Shown in pieces: positions 43,314 through 51,197 of a DNA stretch of 55,997 nt; position 1 is the first letter of the stretch; each line of letters opens with the position of its first letter. Both the position numbers and the translations under genes were made by a program. The stretch is from a virus (lineage: Duplodnaviria; Caudoviricetes), in IMG/VR virus record IMGVR_UViG_3300030330_001659, positions 1-55,997 of that record; one strand, written 5' to 3'. The notes under the pieces were generated by a model. It ran no database searches and was not told the DNA's origin. It was given only the letters and a program-made list of their open reading frames with translations.

Positions 43314-45469
43314 TGAAACGGTATGGTTATAAAGAACCAGTTACCGACGAGCAACTCATTAATCTTATCGAAATGGGAGTTCAAAACAGTACTGGTGACT
43401 TTCTTAATAGTTCTGACTTAGCTAGAGAAAGATTAAAAGCAACTTATGAATACGCTGGAGTTCCGTCAGATCATCTATCACCACAAGGAGTTTCCGCTAT
43501 TGTTGATACTTCTACTACTGAAGTCATAGAAGCATATACTGCTATTTTATCTGATTTGTTTTTAAATAATCATAAACTAGCTAGGTTTATGCCTTATGAT
43601 GATAGTCCAGCAGCATTTAAGTCTGCAAAAGACGCTAGTGATGTAGTTAACTATTGTATGTTTAAACAAAACAATGGTTGGGAGTTTATGTCACAATGGA
43701 TTAAAGCTGCTTTACTATGGAAAAACTCTGTATGTAGATGGGACTTTGTAGAAGATTACGATTATGTGTTTGAAGATTATGAAGAAATAACACAGGTAAA
43801 ACTAGATGAAATATTAGCCGATGACAATGTAGAGGTCGTTGGAGAATTAGAGTTTGAAAACAGACCTGTTAAGTCTGAAATAACGCAAGAAGATGAACTA
43901 GAATTAGTTTATGTTGATGTTAGAGTTAGAAAGAAAATAGATAAGTCTAAAGTAAAACTAGAACTAATACCACCAGAAAATTTTAGAATATCACGAGAGT
44001 CTACATGTATATCTGATGCTCAGTTTGTAGGAATACAGACACAAATGTCAAGATCTGAAATACGAAAGTATTACCCAGAAGTATCTGATGATATAGATTT
44101 TGATAGTATGCATGATACTTCATGGTTAGGTTCTGCTAAATACTCACAAGATGTTGCAGCTAGAAAGCATGTAACAGGGCAAGAGTATTGGCAAGGATCT
44201 GCTGAATCATATGAAGTACCATTAGAAGCAAATATAAATGTAAACGTTACAGAATGCTGGATAAGAGTAGATAGAGATGGAGATGGTATTGCTGAGCTAA
44301 AACACATCATGACTATTGGTAATCATATTATATATGAAAATGATGTTGATGAAATACCACTAGCTTCTATAGTTCCTTTTGATATACCGTTTGAGTTTTA
44401 TGGTTTGTCAATGGCAGACTTTACAAGAAGCTCTACATTAGCAAACACAGCAATATTAAGAGGTTTTGTAGAAAATACTTACTTAACTAACTATGCTCCA
44501 AAGCTTGCTGATCCAAATGTAGTAGATTTTTCTGCTTTACAAAATATGAAACCAAAGCAGATTATACCTACAAATGGTAATCCTCAAGGATCAGTAACAA
44601 CTCTACCACCTGAAACTATATCTACAGGTACAGTTCCTTTATTAAACCATTTACAGACAATAAAAGAACAAGCTACAGGTATGAGTAAAACAGTACAAGG
44701 TCTTAACGATACTTTGTACGTATCAGGTAACTCTGAGCAAAAATTTGCCGCTGTTCAATCAGCAGCCCAGAAGCGTATATCTCATATTGCGCGGAGATTT
44801 GCTGAAACAGGATTTAAGCGGTTAATTGCTGGGGTCTATACGACTATGCATAAAAATATGAAAAGAAAACTTTCTTTTAATATGAATAATGTATACAAAA
44901 CTATAGATATGAACGCACTACCAAGTAAGATGGAAGTTGAAATTCTTCTTGATATAGGAGAAAATAGTAACAGCACTCGACTAAACAAGTTGAGACAAAT
45001 AGGTGCAGAAGTTCTCCCGGCTTTAAATAAACAAGGAGCAGGTATGGCTATAAAGCCAGAAGCTCCTGCGGTATTAGCTACTAAAATAATAGAAGCTATG
45101 AATTTAGATAGTAACGATTTCTTAGAAGATTATAATAAAGACGAGTTTAGGCAAAAAGCTATGAAAGCAATACAGTTGCAATCGCAAGCCGCTAAAACAA
45201 CTAGAGAGGCGGCTATGCAAAAAGCAATGAGTGATGTTAAGTTACAAGAAGCTAATGTTGCCTATACAAACGCTCAAGCTAAAAATACTATGGACGATAA
45301 TGCTAGACAACTAGCTGTTGCTATAGATAAACATTTTCAGCAATGGGCAGAACTTAGTGTTAAAGCTCAGAAGGAAGGGGCACAAATACCACCTCATCCG
45401 AGCTATGACGAAATATTAATGATGGCAAGTAGCATTTTAGGAGGAAAAAATGGGAACAGTAACAATTAA
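43313..45469 (+). CDS. Portal protein
   Basis: 718 aa; IPPENFRI, DRDGDGIAEL and FYGLS motifs; long C-terminal Gln/Ala helix; precedes scaffold and capsid. Confidence 0.9.
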   Translation: MKRYGYKEPVTDEQLINLIEMGVQNSTGDFLNSSDLARERLKATYEYAGVPSDHLSPQGVSAIVDTSTTEVIEAYTAILSDLFLNNHKLARFMPYDDSPAAFKSAKDASDVVNYCMFKQNNGWEFMSQWIKAALLWKNSVCRWDFVEDYDYVFEDYEEITQVKLDEILADDNVEVVGELEFENRPVKSEITQEDELELVYVDVRVRKKIDKSKVKLELIPPENFRISRESTCISDAQFVGIQTQMSRSEIRKYYPEVSDDIDFDSMHDTSWLGSAKYSQDVAARKHVTGQEYWQGSAESYEVPLEANINVNVTECWIRVDRDGDGIAELKHIMTIGNHIIYENDVDEIPLASIVPFDIPFEFYGLSMADFTRSSTLANTAILRGFVENTYLTNYAPKLADPNVVDFSALQNMKPKQIIPTNGNPQGSVTTLPPETISTGTVPLLNHLQTIKEQATGMSKTVQGLNDTLYVSGNSEQKFAAVQSAAQKRISHIARRFAETGFKRLIAGVYTTMHKNMKRKLSFNMNNVYKTIDMNALPSKMEVEILLDIGENSNSTRLNKLRQIGAEVLPALNKQGAGMAIKPEAPAVLATKIIEAMNLDSNDFLEDYNKDEFRQKAMKAIQLQSQAAKTTREAAMQKAMSDVKLQEANVAYTNAQAKNTMDDNARQLAVAIDKHFQQWAELSVKAQKEGAQIPPHPSYDEILMMASSILGGKNGNSNN

Positions 45470-45746
45470 TGCTTCAGGAGTTGGAGGCACACAATCAGGT
45501 ACAGTAACGACTGCTGCTGGCTCAGGAGCTGGAAGTATAATGGTTACTAATGACTCTGATGCTAGAATTACGTTTAATGTAGCTACAGGCGGAACAGACG
45601 TACAGACAGGATTAACTTGTGCTGAAAAGTCTTTTCTTATAGTTACAGGGCTAGATAATGGAGCCCAAACATTAACTAGTTTAAAAACAGCGCATGGTAC
45701 ATCTGCACAAAATGGTGAGATTGTATATAACACGCTGATTGCATAA
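45450..45746 (+). CDS. Small beta-rich structural protein
   Basis: 98 aa, Thr/Gly-rich; AGGAGG RBS. Confidence 0.65.
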   Translation: MGTVTINASGVGGTQSGTVTTAAGSGAGSIMVTNDSDARITFNVATGGTDVQTGLTCAEKSFLIVTGLDNGAQTLTSLKTAHGTSAQNGEIVYNTLIA

Positions 45747-45824
45747 ATGAATAAACAAGCTTTGATAACGCATATTATTATGGTTATCTTAGGTGTTTTA
45801 TGCATTTATTATCTTGCTTTTTAA
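45747..45824 (+). CDS. Small hydrophobic peptide, 25 aa
   Basis: MNKQALITHIIMVILGVLCIYYLAF; abuts the upstream stop. Confidence 0.5.
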   Translation: MNKQALITHIIMVILGVLCIYYLAF

Positions 45825-45834
45825 GGAGAAACAA

Positions 45835-46251
45835 ATGAGACATTTAGAAATAATTGATTGGTTCAATAATTATACACCCTACACTATTGGTTTTGATAGA
45901 TTAGTAGAAAGGTTAGCAGAAAATACAAATACGGATACTTATCCTCCGTTTAATATTGTAAAGGAGGATGCAGAAAAATTTAAGATAGAGATGGCAGTAG
46001 CTGGCTTTGACAAGTCTGAAATAGAAGTTACAGTAGCTGATGGCATGCTATCTATTAAATCTGTAAAAGAAAATAAAGATGATAACGATAAAATTTATCG
46101 AGGTATTTCTTACAGAAAGTTTCATAAAAAGTTTACACTAGCTGAAGATGTAGTTGTAAAAGACGCATCTTTGCTTTGTGGTTTACTTACTATTAAATTA
46201 GAAAAGATACTTCCTGAAGAGAAGAAACCTAGAACGATTAAAATAAAATAA
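45835..46251 (+). CDS. Small heat-shock protein (Hsp20/IbpA-like)
   Basis: IGFDRL, YPPFNI, IEMAVAGF, YRGIS.R.F...FTL and PEEKKPRTIKI motifs. Confidence 0.93.
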   Translation: MRHLEIIDWFNNYTPYTIGFDRLVERLAENTNTDTYPPFNIVKEDAEKFKIEMAVAGFDKSEIEVTVADGMLSIKSVKENKDDNDKIYRGISYRKFHKKFTLAEDVVVKDASLLCGLLTIKLEKILPEEKKPRTIKIK

Positions 46252-46258
46252 GGACAAA

Positions 46259-46597
46259 ATGGATAAGTATAAAGCGACGGCTGAGAAGAGGCTAAGTAAT
46301 ACTAAATCCTATGGTAATCATAAGATACACCCGGAAGAACTAGCTAGGCGAGCTCACGTACAAGGTAAGTTCGCAGCTAGAGAACGGGATGAGTTTTTTG
46401 ATGAAGCATATGGTGATATACTAGTAGATCTGTTTTTACAATGGTTAAAGACCGAGCCTCACGAAACTAAGTCTCGAGAGTTTTTATACGCAACTGCAAT
46501 GGCACTTGGTAGTGTCAAAGAGAAGATGATAAATATTGAGACTTATGGAAAAAATGTACCTATAATGAAGGAGAACGAGAGTGAGGGAAATAAATAA
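46259..46597 (+). CDS. Head-module hypothetical protein
   Basis: 112 aa; WLKT....REFLY pattern seen between portal and scaffold genes. Confidence 0.7.
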   Translation: MDKYKATAEKRLSNTKSYGNHKIHPEELARRAHVQGKFAARERDEFFDEAYGDILVDLFLQWLKTEPHETKSREFLYATAMALGSVKEKMINIETYGKNVPIMKENESEGNK

Positions 46598-46781
46598 AAC
46601 CGAACTACTATATAATATAGACACAATGATAAATACTTTAGAGTATGACTCTATGAGATCTGCAGGTAAAACAAAAGTTAACTGTGGTTTGTTAGTAAGT
46701 CTGTATACTTTAAAAGATATATATAAAAAGGAATTAAAGAATTCTAAGGCAGCCCCGGTAAAGGAGGTAGCTAATGGATAA
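46581..46781 (+). CDS. Hypothetical protein
   Basis: 66 aa, GTG start with RBS. Confidence 0.55.
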   Translation: MREINKTELLYNIDTMINTLEYDSMRSAGKTKVNCGLLVSLYTLKDIYKKELKNSKAAPVKEVANG

Positions 46782-47874
46782 TAATACAGAAGCACAAGTG
46801 GACTCTACCCAACAGGATGACTCCCAAGCCAATGTAGGTCGAACAGAAGATCAGTTGCTGGCTGACATTGTGAAAAGCTCGCCTTTTACACAATCTCTAC
46901 CCGAAGAGCAAGTGCCTGAGTTAGACCCGGAAGAATCAGATTCAGAGACCCAAGAGTCTGAGGAACCCGTTAGCGAAGAAGTTGAAGAAGAGGTCCAAGA
47001 AGAAAGTGAAGAAGCGCCAGTTGAGGATGCCGCTGAAGAAGCCGCTACCCAAGAAACTGAAACTTATTCTCAAGAAGACTTAGACTTAGATGCTAAAGTA
47101 TCCGTTAAAATCGACGGTACAGATACTGAAGTATCTTTTGGTGATCTTATTAAAGGTTACTCTACTGAACAATCTCTTTCTAAGAAGGGTCGAGAGCTTG
47201 GAGATGCTAGGAAAGAACTTGAAAAAGAATACCAAGATAAATTAGCACAACTTGACGGTATGTCAAAAGCTAGTTTAACAGTATTGTATTCAAGTGAAAA
47301 AGACTTAGCGGAACAATACCATAAACTCGAGGAAAAAATTACAGAAGCACGTAAGGATAATGATTCATACAACTTAAGTGAATTAAAAGACGAGCGTGAA
47401 CAAGTGCAAAAAGAGTATTGGACTGCTCGTAACAAGCGAGAGCAATTAACAGCTGCTGTGCAAAAACAAGCACAGGAGGAAACTCAGAAAGCTTGGAATG
47501 AGCAAATAAAGCATTTTAACGATACTATTCCTACTATGATACCTGGTTACGACGAGAGTAGAGCTAAACTTATACGTGAGTTTGCTCTAGCAGAAGGAAT
47601 AAAAGAGGATGTTTTAAATACTGTTACTGATCCTAGTATAGTAAAGTTTGTAGATGACTACAGACAACTAAAACAAGGCATCAAGCAAGGTTCTGTAAAG
47701 CGTAAAGCCTTACCAGTTAAAAAGGCACCAGTGAGGAAAGCTAAAACTGTTTCTAAACAGAAACAAGATGCTGACCAGGTACTGCGTGCAAAAGTACTAG
47801 CTGGGAAAGGTGAAGGCAACGAAGATATGGATTTCCTAAAGTCAATAGCCCAAAAGTCTCTGAGTAACGTTTAA
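46774..47874 (+). CDS. Capsid scaffolding protein
   Basis: Very acidic N-terminus, VKIDG..EV...L..GY motif and coiled coil; directly before the capsid gene. Confidence 0.85.
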   Translation: MDNNTEAQVDSTQQDDSQANVGRTEDQLLADIVKSSPFTQSLPEEQVPELDPEESDSETQESEEPVSEEVEEEVQEESEEAPVEDAAEEAATQETETYSQEDLDLDAKVSVKIDGTDTEVSFGDLIKGYSTEQSLSKKGRELGDARKELEKEYQDKLAQLDGMSKASLTVLYSSEKDLAEQYHKLEEKITEARKDNDSYNLSELKDEREQVQKEYWTARNKREQLTAAVQKQAQEETQKAWNEQIKHFNDTIPTMIPGYDESRAKLIREFALAEGIKEDVLNTVTDPSIVKFVDDYRQLKQGIKQGSVKRKALPVKKAPVRKAKTVSKQKQDADQVLRAKVLAGKGEGNEDMDFLKSIAQKSLSNV

Positions 47875-47903
47875 CTTAACTCAGTCTTTGGAGGTAATTA
47901 CAA

Positions 47904-49046
47904 ATGACTAATGTACTTGGTGTACGTGGTGTAGGTGGACCAGCAGGTCCGGCTAGATCCACAGGCAAGGACGTTTCCCAAAGGGAAGACCTTGCTGATT
48001 TTATTACGATGATTACAAGGGACGAAACTCCTTTTATATCATCTATCGGTAAAGCGAAAGCTTCTGCAATCTATCACGAATGGCAGACTGACGAACTAGA
48101 AACTCCTGGTGACTCAAGGATCGGTGAGGGTACCGATTACATTGAGCCTGTATCAGGTGGTGGTGCGACTGCAACTCCTGCAGTTGGTGCTAAGTTTGCA
48201 ACTGATGGACCTAACCGAACACGACTAGGTAACTACACACAGATCAATGGTAAAACTATTGCTGTGTCAGGAACTAGACGAGCTGTTGATCAAGCTGGTG
48301 TAGCTGATGAGTATGCTTACCAACTTAAAAAGCGCGGAACTGAAATGAAGCGTGACGTCGAGCACGACATGATTCACTCACACAACGTTTCTGCTGCTGT
48401 TGGTAACCAAAATGCTAACGCCAGAAGTGCTGGTGGATACCAGTCCTTCATTAACTCTACTGACACTTGCGTATACGTAGGTGGGTATGGTGCTCCTGCA
48501 ACAACTGCAGATGGTACTGGTAGAATTAGAAGTGCTGCTACTTCTGGAACTTCTCAGCCTTCTACAGGTTCTCTAGCATTAACAGACATCGACTCTGTTA
48601 TGCAGAAAATCTATGAGCAGGGTGGAACCGCTACTAGCATAATGGTATCACCAAAACTAAGGAGAGACTTCTCTGACTTAATGGTATCTGATACCGGTGT
48701 TAAGCGAGAAATCGGTTCCTCAGGACAGCTACGTCAATCTGTCGACGTATACATGTCTGATTTTGGTGACTTAATGGTAGTACCTAACTACATCATGGGT
48801 CTAACGAATGCCGTACAGCTAACAAACTCTGCTGGATCACCTGGTAACCTAGGTGCTACAACTAACATGGCAGACAAGTCAGCGTTAATTTACGATCCTA
48901 TGTATTTCGCTATTGCGAATCTACGACCTCTACAAGAGGTGGACGTAGGGCAAAAGGGTGACTCAACTGTTGGAATGATGGTTGAAGAGCTTACACTTGA
49001 AGTACGTAATCCTAAGGGTTGCGGAGCTATCTACGGTCTTGCATAA
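47904..49046 (+). CDS. Major capsid protein
   Basis: REDL.D.I...ETPF, HEWQTDEL, NYTQI and VDVYMSDFG motifs (DUF5309-type); followed by a terminator. Confidence 0.92.
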   Translation: MTNVLGVRGVGGPAGPARSTGKDVSQREDLADFITMITRDETPFISSIGKAKASAIYHEWQTDELETPGDSRIGEGTDYIEPVSGGGATATPAVGAKFATDGPNRTRLGNYTQINGKTIAVSGTRRAVDQAGVADEYAYQLKKRGTEMKRDVEHDMIHSHNVSAAVGNQNANARSAGGYQSFINSTDTCVYVGGYGAPATTADGTGRIRSAATSGTSQPSTGSLALTDIDSVMQKIYEQGGTATSIMVSPKLRRDFSDLMVSDTGVKREIGSSGQLRQSVDVYMSDFGDLMVVPNYIMGLTNAVQLTNSAGSPGNLGATTNMADKSALIYDPMYFAIANLRPLQEVDVGQKGDSTVGMMVEELTLEVRNPKGCGAIYGLA

Positions 49047-49052
49047 GACTTT

Positions 49053-49082
49053 TGGGGAGGTTTAATCGCCTCCCCATTTTTT
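49053..49082 (+). terminator. Intrinsic terminator after the capsid gene
   Basis: TGGGGAGG-8 nt-CCTCCCCA followed by TTTTTT. Confidence 0.85.
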
Positions 49083-49100
49083 AAATTAAGGGAGAGATAA

Positions 49101-49313
49101 ATGCCAGGTCATTACGGAAAAGATAAGAAAATGATGCACGGTGGTAAAGTACACTATAAGCCGGGCGGAGGAATGGTAATGGACGATATGAACAAAGTTA
49201 TGCAGATGATGCATGGTGGTAGAGTTCATGACGCTAAATACTATAAACATGGTGCTAAAGTAGCGGGTTGTGGACCAGCTAGGAATAAGCCTAACATGAC
49301 TAAAAAAGCATAA
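49101..49313 (+). CDS. Small basic protein with repeated (M/Y)xxGGxV motifs
   Basis: MMHGGKV, YKPGGGMV, MMHGGRV, YKHGAKV. Confidence 0.7.
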   Translation: MPGHYGKDKKMMHGGKVHYKPGGGMVMDDMNKVMQMMHGGRVHDAKYYKHGAKVAGCGPARNKPNMTKKA

Positions 49314-49606
49314 TGCCAGATCCTAAAAAGGGTACTGGTAAAAAGCCTAAAGGTTCTGGCCGCAGACTTTATACAGACGAAAACCCTAAGGATACAGTAA
49401 GTATAAAGTTTGCTACGCCAGCTGATGCTAGGGCAACGGTAGCTAAAGTAAAAAGAATTAATAAGCCTTATGCTAGAAAGATACAAATACTTACTGTTGG
49501 AGAACAACGAGCTAGAGTTATGGGTAAGTCACAAGTATCTAGTATATTTAAAAAAGGTAAACAAGCAATAAGAAAAGCACACGGGAAAGATAAAAATGGC
49601 AAATAA
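49313..49606 (+). CDS. Small basic conserved phage protein
   Basis: GSGRRLYTDENPKDTV.IKF pattern. Confidence 0.8.
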   Translation: MPDPKKGTGKKPKGSGRRLYTDENPKDTVSIKFATPADARATVAKVKRINKPYARKIQILTVGEQRARVMGKSQVSSIFKKGKQAIRKAHGKDKNGK

Positions 49607-49781
49607 ATCTGTACAAGCGCCTGAAGGGTTTCATTGGATGAAAAGTGGTAAAGGTTTTAAACTAATGAAAAATCCTGCAGGTGGATATAAACCACACAAG
49701 GGAGCAAGTTTAAAAGCTTCTTTCGAAATACAAACAGTGCATAAGGGAGGGAAAGCCAATGTACGTAATAAGAGCAGCTAA
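49596..49781 (+). CDS. Small basic protein
   Basis: APEGFHWM...KLMK..GYKPH pattern. Confidence 0.7.
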   Translation: MANKSVQAPEGFHWMKSGKGFKLMKNPAGGYKPHKGASLKASFEIQTVHKGGKANVRNKSS

Positions 49782-49980
49782 TGGAAATATATATCCAGTA
49801 GACCGATCAGTATTTAGAATCGCTGAAGTAACTAGTGGTGGATATAAGCTAACACATTTTACGCCTAACGCAGGTTCAGTAGCAACTAACGCAGCACCTG
49901 CAGCCGCAACTGCTGGTGATGAGCTAGGTTATATAGGCAAGTCAGGAAGATTTGTTGCTATAACAGAGGCTGCTACATAA
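49759..49980 (+). CDS. Hypothetical protein
   Basis: 73 aa with GGAGG RBS. Confidence 0.65.
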   Translation: MYVIRAANGNIYPVDRSVFRIAEVTSGGYKLTHFTPNAGSVATNAAPAAATAGDELGYIGKSGRFVAITEAAT

Positions 49981-50321
49981 TGGGAAGGCAATATGAATTT
50001 AATTTTTCTAGTGCCACCGTTGATCCTAAAAAGTCTATAAAGGCTGGATATGATTTAGAAACCAACAATTGGCAAGCTACACAAGATGTAACACATTTTA
50101 TTGAATCAGTAAAGCGAGATAGGGATAGAGAGGCTTACTTTGGTAAAAGCAAAATGGGTTATCGTAAAATGGCTACTATACCTGATATAGTCGCTATAAA
50201 AATAAAAGAGGATTATGGTATTGATTTACATGATCCTGCCTTTATGCACGATAAGGACAAGCTTAAAAAGTTAAAAGTTATATTAAAAATGGAATATCCT
50301 CATCTGCTTGTAAATACATAG
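49980..50321 (+). CDS. Conserved hypothetical phage protein
   Basis: QDV and RKMATIP..V...I...GID motifs. Confidence 0.7.
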   Translation: MGRQYEFNFSSATVDPKKSIKAGYDLETNNWQATQDVTHFIESVKRDRDREAYFGKSKMGYRKMATIPDIVAIKIKEDYGIDLHDPAFMHDKDKLKKLKVILKMEYPHLLVNT

Positions 50322-50330
50322 GAGGGTATT

Positions 50331-51197
50331 ATGACTTATACTGAACTCGTAGCTTTAGTACGCAATTGGTCTAACAGAGACGAAGAAGTTGTTAGTGATA
50401 ACATTATTAAAGATTCTTTGAGATACGCAGCTGATAAGGCCTATAGAAATCTTAGAGTTCCTCCTTTAGAAAACGTTGCAACTTATAATAAAACAACTTT
50501 GGAAGCAGCTACAACTAATAACACTCAACTACAATCTAGCAAAACTGAGATAAAGGTTCCATTTGATTTAATTGAAATAATACAAATAAAAGAGTTAGAT
50601 TCTGCTGGTGGTGCAACTAGAGTATTTAATGAAAAGTTAGATGTTAGAACGTTTAACGATCCTACAGCAGAAAAGTACTTAGCTAATAACTACTTTACTA
50701 GAGAACGTAACTTAATATTTTTAACACCTGGCTTTGGTGAAAATGCTTTTGGTAATACAGCAGACAGTATTGAGTTACTATATTATAGAAGATTACCTGC
50801 ATTAGATGCTAAATATGCCGTAACAGTATTAAACTTTACAGCGGGATTTTTAACTACCTCTGGTGGTACAACTCCGTTATTTTTTGTAAATGGTAATACA
50901 ACTACTGCATATGCAACTCAATCAGAAGCTACAGCTGCTGATACAGGAAGCGCAGGTACAAACTCAGTTAATTATATAGGTACAGAAGTACCAAACTGGT
51001 TAAGAGACCAAAATGAACGCATACTACTATATGGGGCATTAGTAGAAGTTTTTGCATTTGTGCAAGATGATCAACAAGCTGCTAAGTATAAACTAATGTT
51101 TGATAACGAAATTAATGAACTTAATAACGAAGACAGGAAAAGAAATGCTTCTGGTGGTAATGTACAAATAAACTTTAACGGAAGAGGGTTGATATAA
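50331..51197 (+). CDS. Head-tail adaptor / tail tubular protein A-like
   Basis: MTYTEL...V.NW.NR start, LYYRRLPAL and NWL......LLYGAL.E motifs. Confidence 0.75.
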   Translation: MTYTELVALVRNWSNRDEEVVSDNIIKDSLRYAADKAYRNLRVPPLENVATYNKTTLEAATTNNTQLQSSKTEIKVPFDLIEIIQIKELDSAGGATRVFNEKLDVRTFNDPTAEKYLANNYFTRERNLIFLTPGFGENAFGNTADSIELLYYRRLPALDAKYAVTVLNFTAGFLTTSGGTTPLFFVNGNTTTAYATQSEATAADTGSAGTNSVNYIGTEVPNWLRDQNERILLYGALVEVFAFVQDDQQAAKYKLMFDNEINELNNEDRKRNASGGNVQINFNGRGLI

